Of a stretch of 64,000 bases of DNA, positions 32,926 to 45,100 are shown piece after piece. The notes under the pieces were generated by a model. It was not told the DNA's origin. It saw only the letters and a program-made list of their open reading frames with translations, and did no database searches. Made by a program: the position numbers and the translations under genes. The stretch's first letter is position 1. Every line of letters starts with the position of its first letter. Origin of the DNA: Nemertoderma westbladi. Lineage: Eukaryota > Animalia > Xenacoelomorpha. The DNA lies in the NCBI GenBank assembly GCA_032718475.1, contig JAUCBJ010001576.1, positions 1 through 64,000 on the forward strand, given 5' to 3'.

Positions 32926-35159
32926 TACTGAGTTTGTTAATGAGGGACACAACTATTAATGAGGGACACACATTAATGAGGGACACAAACATTAATGGGG
33001 GACACCTTAATAGTTAATAGACACCTTAATAATTTGTCTATGTCTAGGGGCCACACATAAGCTTAATCCGGCTCTGGGGGACACCTTAATAGGGGTCAAT
33101 GCTTCCCAATGAATTATTAATAAGGGCGATGGTGATGTTTGGCCGTCAGACATTATTAGATATTGATTAGCTGAAAAACTATACTACCGTGGGAACGTGA
33201 CCTCTCTGGTAGAGCGGCTCTGTAGACAATTGTATGGTAGGATTACTGTACTGTTCCCTGATTGGCTTATCCATCCCAACCTCCCTTACAAACAAGAATC
33301 ACTGTTCAGCCTAGCTGGCGGTAGTTTGTACTGCATCATAGCGTCTTCTATTTGGTTAAGGCCTTGCAAGCGTGCTGCCTTCCTAATTTATGGAGGTTGA
33401 ACTGTTCAGTTCAGTATAATTTCTTATTTAATTTCATATTAAACATGGATGACAGTGATGACTTTGTAAAGGTTCCATTTACGGGATTCGTTATTCCGAG
33501 TCCAACCAATGATACAGCCATTGTTGAGCCGCTTGAACTCACTACCCAAACATCGTGCACCCCGAGCCCGGAGAAGAAAAAACCAGGAAAGTCAGCAAGC
33601 CAAGAAAAGTTACTAAAGAACAATAAACATTGCACTAATTAATAATTGTAACGAGAGAAAGCCGCCCCAATATTAGATTATTACAACAACATATCCATTG
33701 GGTAAGAAAGTGGAGGAGAGCCAGCCCGTCTCTTAATTTTTTACTTTATATTACGCGATCAATTTTCACTCATCTCGTCATGAACCCAACATGTATGTAA
33801 CCTTTTGTTAAATTTGTTGGCTATGCGTTTGCGGTTGTTTGGGCGGAGTGTGGTAGGCCTACACTTTTCACACTTAAATATTTTGGTTGTGAAATGTTAC
33901 CGGGCATAGCTATCTGAGATATTTCATTTATATTTTATTATGAGAGGAAGAAGAACATACAACGTTATTTACTATATATGTAACAAAATAATTGTTTTCG
34001 GGTTTAACTTGGAAGCCTCCCCAAATAGTTGATATACAATTATATTTAAAATTATTTCCATGGTCATGGTCATTCACCCGTCTTTAGTTAGAAATTAGTT
34101 TGCATGAAAGACAGTTTAGTTTAGTTTTTACTGATTTATTATCTCTTATCTGACTGGGGTAATAATAAAGGATAGTATAAATGGAAGCAAAGTGTGACAG
34201 TAACAAATATTTCCCCGTCACCCTAGCATGTCTTAAGTATATGATATATCCAAGGGGGAAGTTTGGATTCACTGCATAAATGCAGTTCACCAAACTTCCC
34301 CCGAATGCACACTGTAACTTCCCCCTTCCCACAAATATCCACTGTTGAATTAATTTGAAGCGATATAATAAGTACAAAATTGTGCGAGTTTTTAATTGTG
34401 TGGTCCAATTGTTATTTGATTTCTATTTATTATTTAAAGTGCATTTAATATCACACTGGTTTTTAGAATATTATACTATACAACCTTATGTTTTATTAAT
34501 TTACCCAATCGAAGCCTCATAAGGGCCGGTTATTTGTACGCATATCCCCTAATGCGCTCAGTAAGGTTCAAACAACATATTAATATGAAAATAAAGTATC
34601 TGCAAAGAAAAGAACCCAATACTATATAATTTGACCTTATTAAAAAATTTGCACTTTTGCACACTTATTTGTACAAGTGCACTTTAGCAGATCGTAATGG
34701 TGGCTCTTTATTTAACAAACTTATGTTTATCCTCTACCGATCTACGATGGTGTATGATCAAGTGTCAGTCGCTAAAAGTGTCAAAAATCCAATTTAATAA
34801 ATCTGGATTTGCGATTTTGGACCATATTCATGGACATTTTTAAGTCACTTTATAGACATAAAAAGTTAAACAAATGTTACGATTATAGTTAGAAATCATT
34901 CCAAACTACATTTTAATCCAAAAAATAACATTCTACGATGAATAGAACTGGAAATAACAGTGTTTGAAATATCGAAAAAATGTTCACTATTTAAGTGCAT
35001 TTTGCACTAAGTGCACATAAGTCTTTTCCCAAGTTTTATCCTATTTCACACACTACAATCTATCCTCTATCCAATGAAAATAGTTTCAGATTAAACGGCC
35101 CTGTAGAACCGAAGTTATTTATGTTTAAAAATAGTCACTCGAAAATTTCAAATTCTCTT

Positions 35160-35232
35160 GGTCACATAGTCTAGTGGTTATCAATCACGTTAATGAAACC
35201 TAAGTTCGCGGGTTCGAAATCCAATATTGACC
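35160..35232 (+). pseudogene. tRNA-like sequence (degenerate; A and B boxes)
   Basis: 73 nt; GGTCA..TGACC terminal pairing, A-box-like TAGTCTAGTGG and B-box-like GGTTCGAAATCC. The anticodon arm does not fold well. Confidence 0.4.
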
Positions 35233-36734
35233 TGACCATTCTTAATTTTTTTGCAAAAAAAAATATTTTTATTTTTTCATTAACTTCGGTTCTAGTGGTC
35301 CAAATTCAATAAAATTGGTATATTCTTTGCCGTAATTTTTTTCTTAATCTTTTGAGAAGGGGTTATTTTTGGCCCCAAAAAAATTAAAAAAAAGGGCCAA
35401 AATAACGCGATTTTTTTCGACCCTTAAAATTCGTAATTTTAATTATATATGTTAAGATAAAAGATAGCGGAGTTAATTTGATACTTTTTACAGGTACTTT
35501 TTGCGCAATACGCTAAATGATAATAGAATAGCGATTTGTTAAAAAAAAAAATTTTTCGTCCCTTTTTATAAATATTATATTTCACACGATCGCCTGCCGC
35601 TCCAGTTTTATAATACCTCCGGCGCTGTGATTAACGCTGTTAGATAGATAATTTAACGCACTATAAGTCTGTGTAAACAAATCTCCCGTAAGTTAAGTAG
35701 TTTTCGAGCTAGACGATTTCCCGCGAAGCAAGTTTGAAGCGCGAAATTATAATTTTGGCCCTCATTTTTTTAATATCATCCTTGGAGCAAAACCGATAGC
35801 ATATTTGAATTCCCCGTATGGATATTTACTGTATAGAATGTACCTTAACCAACTAAAGTTAAAAATAAAAAATTATTCGATAAAAACTACTTTACAAATT
35901 CTGGCCCTTTTTGGCCCCTATTGGCGACATATTTTTTGTACCCCCATTCGATAGGAACGTAGCCCCAATGGTCTTCTACGAGTTTCATAAAAGAATTAGT
36001 GGATTCCTACCCGCGTTGTCGAATTAAACATTTCGGAAATAAGTTTTCTAAAAAAGACGGACAAAAACGTACAAATTTACGGCCCCTTTTTCCACCCGAA
36101 ATTTTAATAAATATCTTACCCCCATTCGATACGAAGGTAGTACCACTCTTCCCCTTTCCAACCGCGTTACTTTCGTCCCCGTACGATTAATATTAGCCGA
36201 GTTATAGCGGATCCCGCAAAGTCATTTTGTCCGTTTTTTCAACTTTGACGGATATTTTCGGAAAAAAGGCGTGGTAATCTTTTTTGAAAAAAAAAACGAA
36301 TTCACTAATTAATCCCTTCTATCGTATCCCGGCGTCGGCTAAGCAATAACCTAGGGTTTTTTCGAGCCACTGTAGAGCGCCTTTCAAAAAAATTTTAAAA
36401 TTGTCGAAAAAATGACGGATTTTTGTCCGCCGTGTCCGTCGAAGGGTTAGATTTAATAATGTTAGAGTTGCTAATATCTTAGAATTCCGAGCCGCTCCCC
36501 TGGTGAGAAAATAAAAAAAATTGGTCTGTTCCTTCATCGAAAAGTCCCCCAGAATCCCAAGTTAACCTATATAGTTAGCGATGGCCTGCGGCTTTAGGAG
36601 CGGCCGCGGTATTCACCTCCCTCATAGCGGCCGCGGCGGTGTTGCGTCAAATGGAGAAATATTTATCCCACCTAGATGAGGGTCTGGGTCTTTATTGCAT
36701 ATGCGTTTTATAAATTGTTCATTAAAACTTACTA

Positions 36735-37260
36735 ATTAACTTGAATCCGCGTCTTACACCCCTTCCCGGATCCAATAAAACTTGGTAATTAACATAAATC
36801 CGTGTTTTACACTCCGTTCCGGATCCAATAAAACTTGGTAATTAACGTAAATCGGTGTTTTACACTCCATTCCGGATCCAATAAAACTTGGTAATTAACG
36901 TAAATCCGTGTTTTACACTCCATTCCGGATTCAATAAAACTTGGTAATTAACGTATATCCGTGTTTTACACTCCATTCCGGATTCAATAAAACTTGATAA
37001 TTAACGTAAATCCGTGTTTTACACTCCATTCCGGATCCAATAAAACTTAGTAATTAACGTAAATCCGCGTTTTACACCCCTTCCCGGATCCAATAAAACT
37101 TGGTAATTAACTAGAATCCGCGTTTTACACCCCTTCCCGGATCCAATAAAACATGGTAATTAACTTGAATCCGCGTTTTACACCCCTTCCCGGATTTAAT
37201 AAAACTTTGTAATAAACCTGAATCCGTATTTTACACCCAATCCCGGATTCAGTAGAAAAA
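36735..37260 (-). repeat. Right subterminal ~53-bp repeat array (inverted) of the foldback element
   Basis: About 9-10 copies of CCGGATCCAATAAAACTTGGTAATTAACGTAAATCCGTGTTTTACACTCCATT, the reverse complement of the left array. Confidence 0.9.
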
Positions 37261-37504
37261 TGAATCCGCGTTTTACACTCCGTTCAGGATTTAGCCTAAA
37301 ACATGAATCCGCGCTTTACACTCCGTTCCGGATCTGAAAAAAAGGCCAATCCGCATTTTACACTCGGTTACGGATTCGGTAAATTTAGCAGTGCACGGAT
37401 CCGCAGATTACACCCTAAAAATGTAAATTCAGTCGACTTCCATAGGGACAATGTTAAATGATAGAATCCGGATCCTGATCCGGATCCGCGTTTTACTCTG
37501 ACCC

Positions 37505-40500
37505 TTACTTAGAGTGGTGCTACTTGGGTAACTACAGATGGATATCAGACCCGCCTTACTTAGAGTGGTGCTACTTGGGTAACTACAGATGGATATCAGA
37601 CACGCCTTACTTAGAGTGGTGCTACTTGGGTAACTCCAGATGGATATCAGACCCGCCTTACTTAGAGTGGTGCTACTTGGGTAACTCCAGATGGATATCA
37701 GACACGCCTTACTTAGAGTGGTGCTACTTGGGTAACTCCAGATGGATATCAGACCCGCCTTACTTAGAGTGGTGCTACTTGGGTAACTTCAGATGGATAT
37801 CAGACACGCCTTACTTAGAGTGGTGCTACTTGGGTAACTACAGATGGATATCAGACACGCCTTACTTAGAGTGGTGCTACTTGGGTAACTCCAGATGGAT
37901 ATCAGACACGCCTTACTTAGAGTGGGGCTACTTGGGTAACTACAGATGGATATCAGACACGCCTTACTTAGAGTGGTGCTACTTGGGTAACTCCAGATGG
38001 ATATCAGACCCGCCTTACTTAGAGTGGTGCTACTTGGGTAACTCCAGATGGATATCAGACCCGCCTTACTTAGAGTGGTGCTACTTGGGTAACTTCAGAT
38101 GGATATCAGACACGCCTTACTTAGAGTGGTGCTACTTGGGTAACTCCAGATGGATATCAGACACGCCTTACTTAGAGTGGGGCTACTTGGGTAACTACAG
38201 ATGGATATCAGACACGCCTTACTTAGAGTGGTGCTACTTGGGTAACTCCAGATGGATATCAGACACGCCTTACTTAGAGTGGGGCTACTTGGGTAACTAC
38301 AGATGGATATCAGACACGCCTTACTTAGAGTGGTGCTACTTGGGTAACTACAGATGGATATCAGACCCGCCTTACTTAGAGTGGTGCTACTTGGGTAACT
38401 ACAGATGGATATCAGACCCGCCTTACTTAGAGTGGTGCTACTTGGGTAACTACAGATGGATATCAGACACGCCTTACTTAGAGTGGTGCTACTTGGGGAA
38501 CTACAGATGGATATCAGACCCGCCTTACTTAGAGTGGTGCTACTTGGGTAACTACAGATGGATATCAGACACGCCTTACTTAGAGTGGTGCTACTTGGGT
38601 AACTTCAGATGGATATCAGACACGCCTTACTTAGAGTGGTGCTACTTGGGTAACTACAGATGGATATCAGACACGCCTTACTTAGAGTGGTGCTACTTGG
38701 GTAACTCCAGATGGATATCAGACCCGCCTTACTTAGAGTGGTGCTACTTGGGTAACTACAGATGGATATCAGACACGCCTTACTTAGAGTGGTGCTACTT
38801 GGGTAACTCCAGATGGATATCAGACCCGCCTTACTTAGAGTGGTGCTACTTGGGTAACTACAGATGGATATCAGACCCGCCTTACTTAGAGTGGTGCTAC
38901 TTGGGTAACTCCAGATGGATATCAGACCCGCCTTACTTAGAGTGGTGCTACTTGGGTAACTACAGATGGATATCAGACACGCCTTACTTAGAGTGGTGCT
39001 ACTTGGGTAACTCCAGATGGATATCAGACCCGCCTTACTTAGAGTGGTGCTACTTGGGTAACTACAGATGGATATCAGACACGCCTTACTTAGAGTGGGG
39101 CTACTTGGGTAACTACAGATGGATATCAGACACGTCTTACTTAGAGTGGTGCTACTTGGGGAACTACAGATGGATATCAGACCCGCCTTACTTAGAGTGG
39201 TGCTACTTGGGTAACTACAGATGGATATCAGACACGCCTTACTTAGAGTGGTGCTACTTGGGTAACTTCAGATGGATATCAGACACGCCTTACTTAGAGT
39301 GGTGCTACTTGGGTAACTACAGATGGATATCAGACACGCCTTACTTAGAGTGGTGCTACTTGGGTAACTCCAGATGGATATCAGACCCGCCTTACTTAGA
39401 GTGGTGCTACTTGGGTAACTACAGATGGATATCAGACACGCCTTACTTAGAGTGGTGCTACTTGGGTAACTCCAGATGGATATCAGACCCGCCTTACTTA
39501 GAGTGGTGCTACTTGGGTAACTACAGATGGATATCAGACACGCCTTACTTAGAGTGGTGCTACTTGGGTAACTCCAGATGGATATCAGACACGCCTTACT
39601 TAGAGTGGTGCTACTTGGGTAACTCCAGATGGATATCAGACACGCCTTACTTAGAGTGGTGCTACTTGGGTAACTCCAGATGGATATCAGACACGCCTTA
39701 CTTAGAGTGGGGCTACTTGGGTAACTACAGATGGATATCAGACACGTCTTACTTAGAGTGGTGCTACTTGGGTAACTACAGATGGATATCAGACCCGCCT
39801 TACTTAGAGTGGTGCTACTTGGGTAACTACAGATGGATATCAGACCCGCCTTACTTAGAGTGGTGCTACTTGGGTAACTACAGATGGATATCAGACACGC
39901 CTTACTTAGAGTGGTGCTACTTGGGTAACTACAGATGGATATCAGACACGCCTTACTTAGAGTGGTGCTACTTGGGTAACTCCAGATGGATATCAGACAC
40001 GCCTTACTTAGAGTGGGGCTACTTGGGTAACTACAGATGGATATCAGACACGCCTTACTTAGAGTGGTGCTACTTGGGTAACTACAGATGGATATCAGAC
40101 ACGCCTTACTTAGAGTGGTGCTACTTGGGGAACTACAGATGGATATCAGACACGCCTTACTTAGAGAGGTGCTACTTGGGTAACTTCAGATGGATATCAG
40201 ACACGCCTTACTTAGAGTGGTGCTACTTGGGTAACTCCAGATGGATATCAGACACGCCTTACTTAGAGTGGGGCTACTTGGGTAACTACAGATGGATATC
40301 AGACCCGCCTTACTTAGAGTGGTGCTACTTGGGTAACTACAGATGGATATCAGACACGCCTTACTTAGAGTGGTGCTACTTGGGTAACTACAGATGGATA
40401 TCAGACACGCCTTACTTAGAGTGGTGCTACTTGGGTAACTACAGATGGATATCAGACACGCCTTACTTAGAGTGGTGCTACTTGGGTAACTACAGATGGA

Positions 40501-40992
40501 TATCAGACACGCCTTACTTAGAGTGGTGCTACTTGGGTAACTACAGATGGATATCAGACACGCCTTACTTAGAGTGGTGCTACTTGGGTAACTACAGATG
40601 GATATCAGACACGCCTTACTTAGAGTGGTGCTACTTGGGTAACTCCAGATGGATATCAGACCCGCCTTACTTAGAGTGGTGCTACTTGGGTAACTTCAGA
40701 TGGATATCAGACACGCCTTACTTAGAGTGGTGCTACTTGGGTAACTCCAGATGGATATCAGACACGCCTTACTTAGAGTGGGGCTACTTGGGTAACTACA
40801 GATGGATATCAGACACGCCTTACTTAGAGTGGTGCTACTTGGGTAACTACAAATGGATATCAGACACGCCTTACTTAGAGTGGTGCTACTTGGGGAACTC
40901 CAGATGGATATCAGACACGCCTTACTTAGTGGGGCTACTTGGATAACTACAGATGGATATCAGACACGCCTTACTTAGAGTGGGGCTACTTG
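37505..40992. repeat. 51-bp satellite, right arm (about 68 copies)
   Basis: Same unit and orientation as 24780-32259, resuming in register after the TSD. Confidence 0.98.
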
Positions 40993-41027
40993 ATATCGCA
41001 ATCTCGAATTATGGGAGTTTGATTATG

Positions 41028-41074
41028 GTTGTTATGGTAACTTGCACTATTTCCGAGCTCATTACTATGGTAAC
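41028..41074. promoter_or_regulatory. Two RFX X-box-like motifs in unique intronic DNA
   Basis: GTTGTTATGGTAAC (41028-41041) and ATTACTATGGTAAC (41061-41074) fit RTHNYY-WT-RRNRAC. The host gene is ciliary, but no functional evidence is available. Confidence 0.45.
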
Positions 41075-41175
41075 TAAAAACTAAACTAAACCAAATCAAA
41101 CTAAACCCAATCAACAAAGGAATTAAGTACGATGACATCTTGCTGAAAATATGTGTAATTATGGTTGTGTTATAC

Positions 41176-41375
41176 CTTGAGCTTTTTATCCAAAGATTCT
41201 TGTTCCTGCCGCTTCTTTATCAATTCATTATGTTTTAATTCCAACTCATTTATAAGTCTTTCCTTCTCCCCCGCAATCATCCCTTTGTCATTGAGGATAG
41301 ATCGTTTCTCAAAGTCCAATGAATCCTGCTCCTTCTTTATAAAGGCTTCAACATCCTGATCTTGGTCGTAAACGT
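41176..41375 (-). CDS. KIF3B: KIF3B-like internal exon (stalk)
   Basis: atttctAG|AC..AAG|gtataa; phase 1 to 0, consistent with neighbouring exons; ..FEKRSILNDKGMIAGEKERLINEL..QESLDKKLK. Confidence 0.88.
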
Positions 41376-41484
41376 CTAGAAATATAAATTGAAAACTTTA
41401 TCATGTATCGTAGGCGGCATCCATCATCCATATATTGTGAAATAAGATTAACACAATATCTACAAATCAGAATCTCTCACTCAC

Positions 41485-41708
41485 CAGTTTCATCTTCTAT
41501 ACCATCACTATCATCAGTATCGCCCTCTTCACCAACACCAGTTCTCTTTCTCCTCTTCTTCCTCCCCCCAGTGCCTCCCCCTCCCCCTTTCGACATCAAC
41601 TTATCCTTTAATCTTTTTATCTCCTCCTGGAATTCCCTCAGTAAGGCGTCCTTCGGATCTTCGTTAATTCTCGGTTTATTCTGAATGTTCTTCGCGCGGT
41701 TTGCGTAC
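41485..41708 (-). CDS. KIF3B: KIF3B-like internal exon (motor end, neck, hinge)
   Basis: tcttAG|G TAC..ACT G|gtgagt; [30 protein letters not shown]. Confidence 0.95.
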
Positions 41709-41848
41709 CTAAGATGAACAAAAATAAATATTATCTTTTAAAACATTAGAATCAGAAAAGATAGTCAATAGAATATAATAAAACCGTCAGAAATTATAAT
41801 ATCGGAAATACAAAACCTTAGTTGTTAAAAAAAAAGGTAAGGGCTCAC

Positions 41849-41997
41849 CGCAACGTGCTTAGTGATTCATCAAAATTGTAGCTGGCAGGTCCAATGTTAG
41901 CAACCATTACAGTTTTAGCGTTCCCTCCCAATGAGTCCTGGAGCAGACGGGTTAGTTTAGAATCCCGATACGGTATATGAGTACTTTTACCGTCGAC
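41849..41997 (-). CDS. KIF3B: KIF3B-like internal exon (motor domain)
   Basis: tgtttAG|GTC..CG|gtgagc; [41 protein letters not shown]. Confidence 0.95.
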
Positions 41998-42141
41998 CTA
42001 AACAGAAAACTAATTGAGTGAAATATTATTGTAGCCAAACTTAACATGTTTAAATAATTAGTTTTTAACACGTGGTATTATTTATTAGTTTTAAAATAAT
42101 TGCCAAGCAAGTCAAGTTAATAAAAAACTTTACCAGAAGTA

Positions 42142-45100
42142 ACATAATGTAAAGAAACGCGACCCACATAATGTAAAGAAACGCGACCCACATAATGTAG
42201 AGAAACGAGACCCACATAATGTAAAGAAACGAGACCCACATAATGTAACGAAACGAGACCCACATAATGTAACGAAACGAGACCCACATAATGTAACGAT
42301 ACGAGACCCACATAATGTAACGAAACGAGACCCACATAATGTAACGAAACGAGACCCACATAATGTAACGAAACGATACCCACATAATGTAACGAAACGA
42401 GACCCACATAATGTAACGAAACGAGACCCACATAATGTAAAGAAACGCGACCCACATAATGTAACGAAACGAGACCCACATAATGTAACGAAACGAGACC
42501 CACATAATGTAACGAAACGAGACCCACATAATGTAAAGAAACGAGACCCACATAATGTAACGAAACGAGACCCACATAATGTAACGAAACGAGACCCACA
42601 TAATGTAACGAAACGAGACCCACATAATGTAACGAAACGTGACCCACATAATGTAACGAAACGAGACCCACATAATGTTAACGAAACGAGACCCACATAA
42701 TGTAACGAAACGAGACCCACATAATGTAACGAAACGAGACCCACATAATGTAAAGAAACGCGACCCACATAATGTAAAGAAACGCGACCCACATAATGTA
42801 ACGAAACGAGACCCACATAATGTAACGAAACGAGACCCACATAATGTAAAGAAACGCGACCCACATAATGTAACGAAACGAGACCCACATAATGTAACGA
42901 AACGCGACCCACATAATGTAACGAAACGAGACCCACATAATGTAAAGAAACGCGACCCACATAATGTAACGAAACGAGACCCACATAATGTAACGAAACG
43001 AGACCCACATAATGTAACGAAACGTGACCCACATAATGTAACGAAACGTGACCCACATAATGTAACGAAACGAGACCCACATAATGTAAAGAAACGCGAC
43101 CCACATAATGTAACGAAACGAGACCCACATAATGTAACGAAACGAGACCCACATAATGTAACGAAACGTGACCCACATAATGTAACGAAACGAGACCCAC
43201 ATAATGTAACGAAACGAGACCCACATAATGTAAAGAAACGCGACCCACATAATGTAACGAAACGAGACCCACATAATGTAACGAAACGAGACCCACATAA
43301 TGTAACGAAACGAGACCCACATAATGTAAAGAAACGAGACCCACATAATGTAACGAAACGAGACCCACATAATGTAACGAAACGAGACCCACATAATGTA
43401 ACGAAACGAGACCCACATAATGTAACGAAACGTGACCCACATAATGTAACGAAACGAGACCCACATAATGTAACGAAACGAGACCCACATAATGTAACGA
43501 AACGAGACCCACATAATGTAACGAAACGAGACCCACATAATGTAAAGAAACGCGACCCACATAATGTAACGAAACGAGACCCACATAATGTAACGAAACG
43601 AGACCCACATAATGTAACGAAACGAGACCCACATAATGTAAAGAAACGCGACCCACATAATGTAACGAAACGAGACCCACATAATGTAACGAAACGAGAC
43701 CCACATAATGTAACGAAACGAGACCCACATAATGTAAAGAAACGAGACCCACATAATGTAACGAAACGAGACCCACATAATGTAACGAAACGAGACCCAC
43801 ATAATGTAACGAAACGAGACCCACATAATGTAACGAAACGAGACCCACATAATGTAACGAAACGAGACCCACATAATGTAACGAAACGAGACCCACATAA
43901 TGTAACGAAACGAGACCCACATAATGTAACGAAACGAGACCCACATAATGTAACGAAACGAGACCCACATAATGTAACGAAACGAGACCCACATAATGTA
44001 ACGAAACGAGACCCACATAATGTAACGAAACGAGACCCACATAATGTAACGAAACGAGACCCACATAATGTAACGAAACGAGACCCACATAATGTAACGA
44101 AACGAGACCCACATAATGTAACGAAACGAGACCCACATAATGTAACGAAACGAGACCCACATAATGTAACGAAACGAGACCCACATAATGTAACGAAACG
44201 AGACCCACATAATGTAACGAAACGAGACCCACATAATGTAACGAAACGAGACCCACATAATGTAACGAAACGAGACCCACATAATGTAACGAAACGAGAC
44301 CCACATAATGTAACGAAACGAGACCCACATAATGTAACGAAACGAGACCCACATAATGTAACGAAACGAGACCCACATAATGTAACGAAACGAGACCCAC
44401 ATAATGTAACGAAACGAGACCCACATAATGTAACGAAACGAGACCCACATAATGTAACGAAACGAGACCCACATAATGTAACGAAACGAGACCCACATAA
44501 TGTAACGAAACGAGACCCACATAATGTAACGAAACGAGACCCACATAATGTAACGAAACGAGACCCACATAATGTAACGAAACGAGACCCACATAATGTA
44601 ACGAAACGAGACCCACATAATGTAACGAAACGAGACCCACATAATGTAACGAAACGAGACCCACATAATGTAACGAAACGAGACCCACATAATGTAACGA
44701 AACGAGACCCACATAATGTAACGAAACGAGACCCACATAATGTAACGAAACGAGACCCACATAATGTAACGAAACGAGACCCACATAATGTAACGAAACG
44801 AGACCCACATAATGTAACGAAACGAGACCCACATAATGTAACGAAACGAGACCCACATAATGTAACGAAACGAGACCCACATAATGTAACGAAACGAGAC
44901 CCACATAATGTAACGAAACGAGACCCACATAATGTAACGAAACGAGACCCACATAATGTAACGAAACGAGACCCACATAATGTAACGAAACGAGACCCAC
45001 ATAATGTAACGAAACGAGACCCACATAATGTAACGAAACGAGACCCACATAATGTAACGAAACGAGACCCACATAATGTAACGAAACGAGACCCACATAA

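Larger units (their letters stand above)
32260..37504. mobile_element. Non-autonomous foldback-type DNA transposon (Mutator/MULE-like), 5.2 kb
   Basis: TIR GGGTAGGTGTAAAACGCGGATCCGGATC versus reverse-complement GGGTCAGAGTAAAACGCGGATCCGGATC; 9-bp TSD TTACTTAGA (32251-32259 and 37505-37513); inverted subterminal arrays of a ~53-bp unit; no transposase ORF seen. Confidence 0.88.

Noticed and set aside
33352-33642. 96-aa ORF inside the foldback element as a transposase
   Set aside because: No DDE, zinc-finger or other transposase motif; at most a remnant.
24686-40946. Long ORFs of repeated YLEWCYLGNSRWISDTP
   Set aside because: They are translations of a 51-bp (3n) satellite lying antisense in a KIF3B intron. 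Stops and 1-nt deletions occur in some units, and there is no unique coding sequence.
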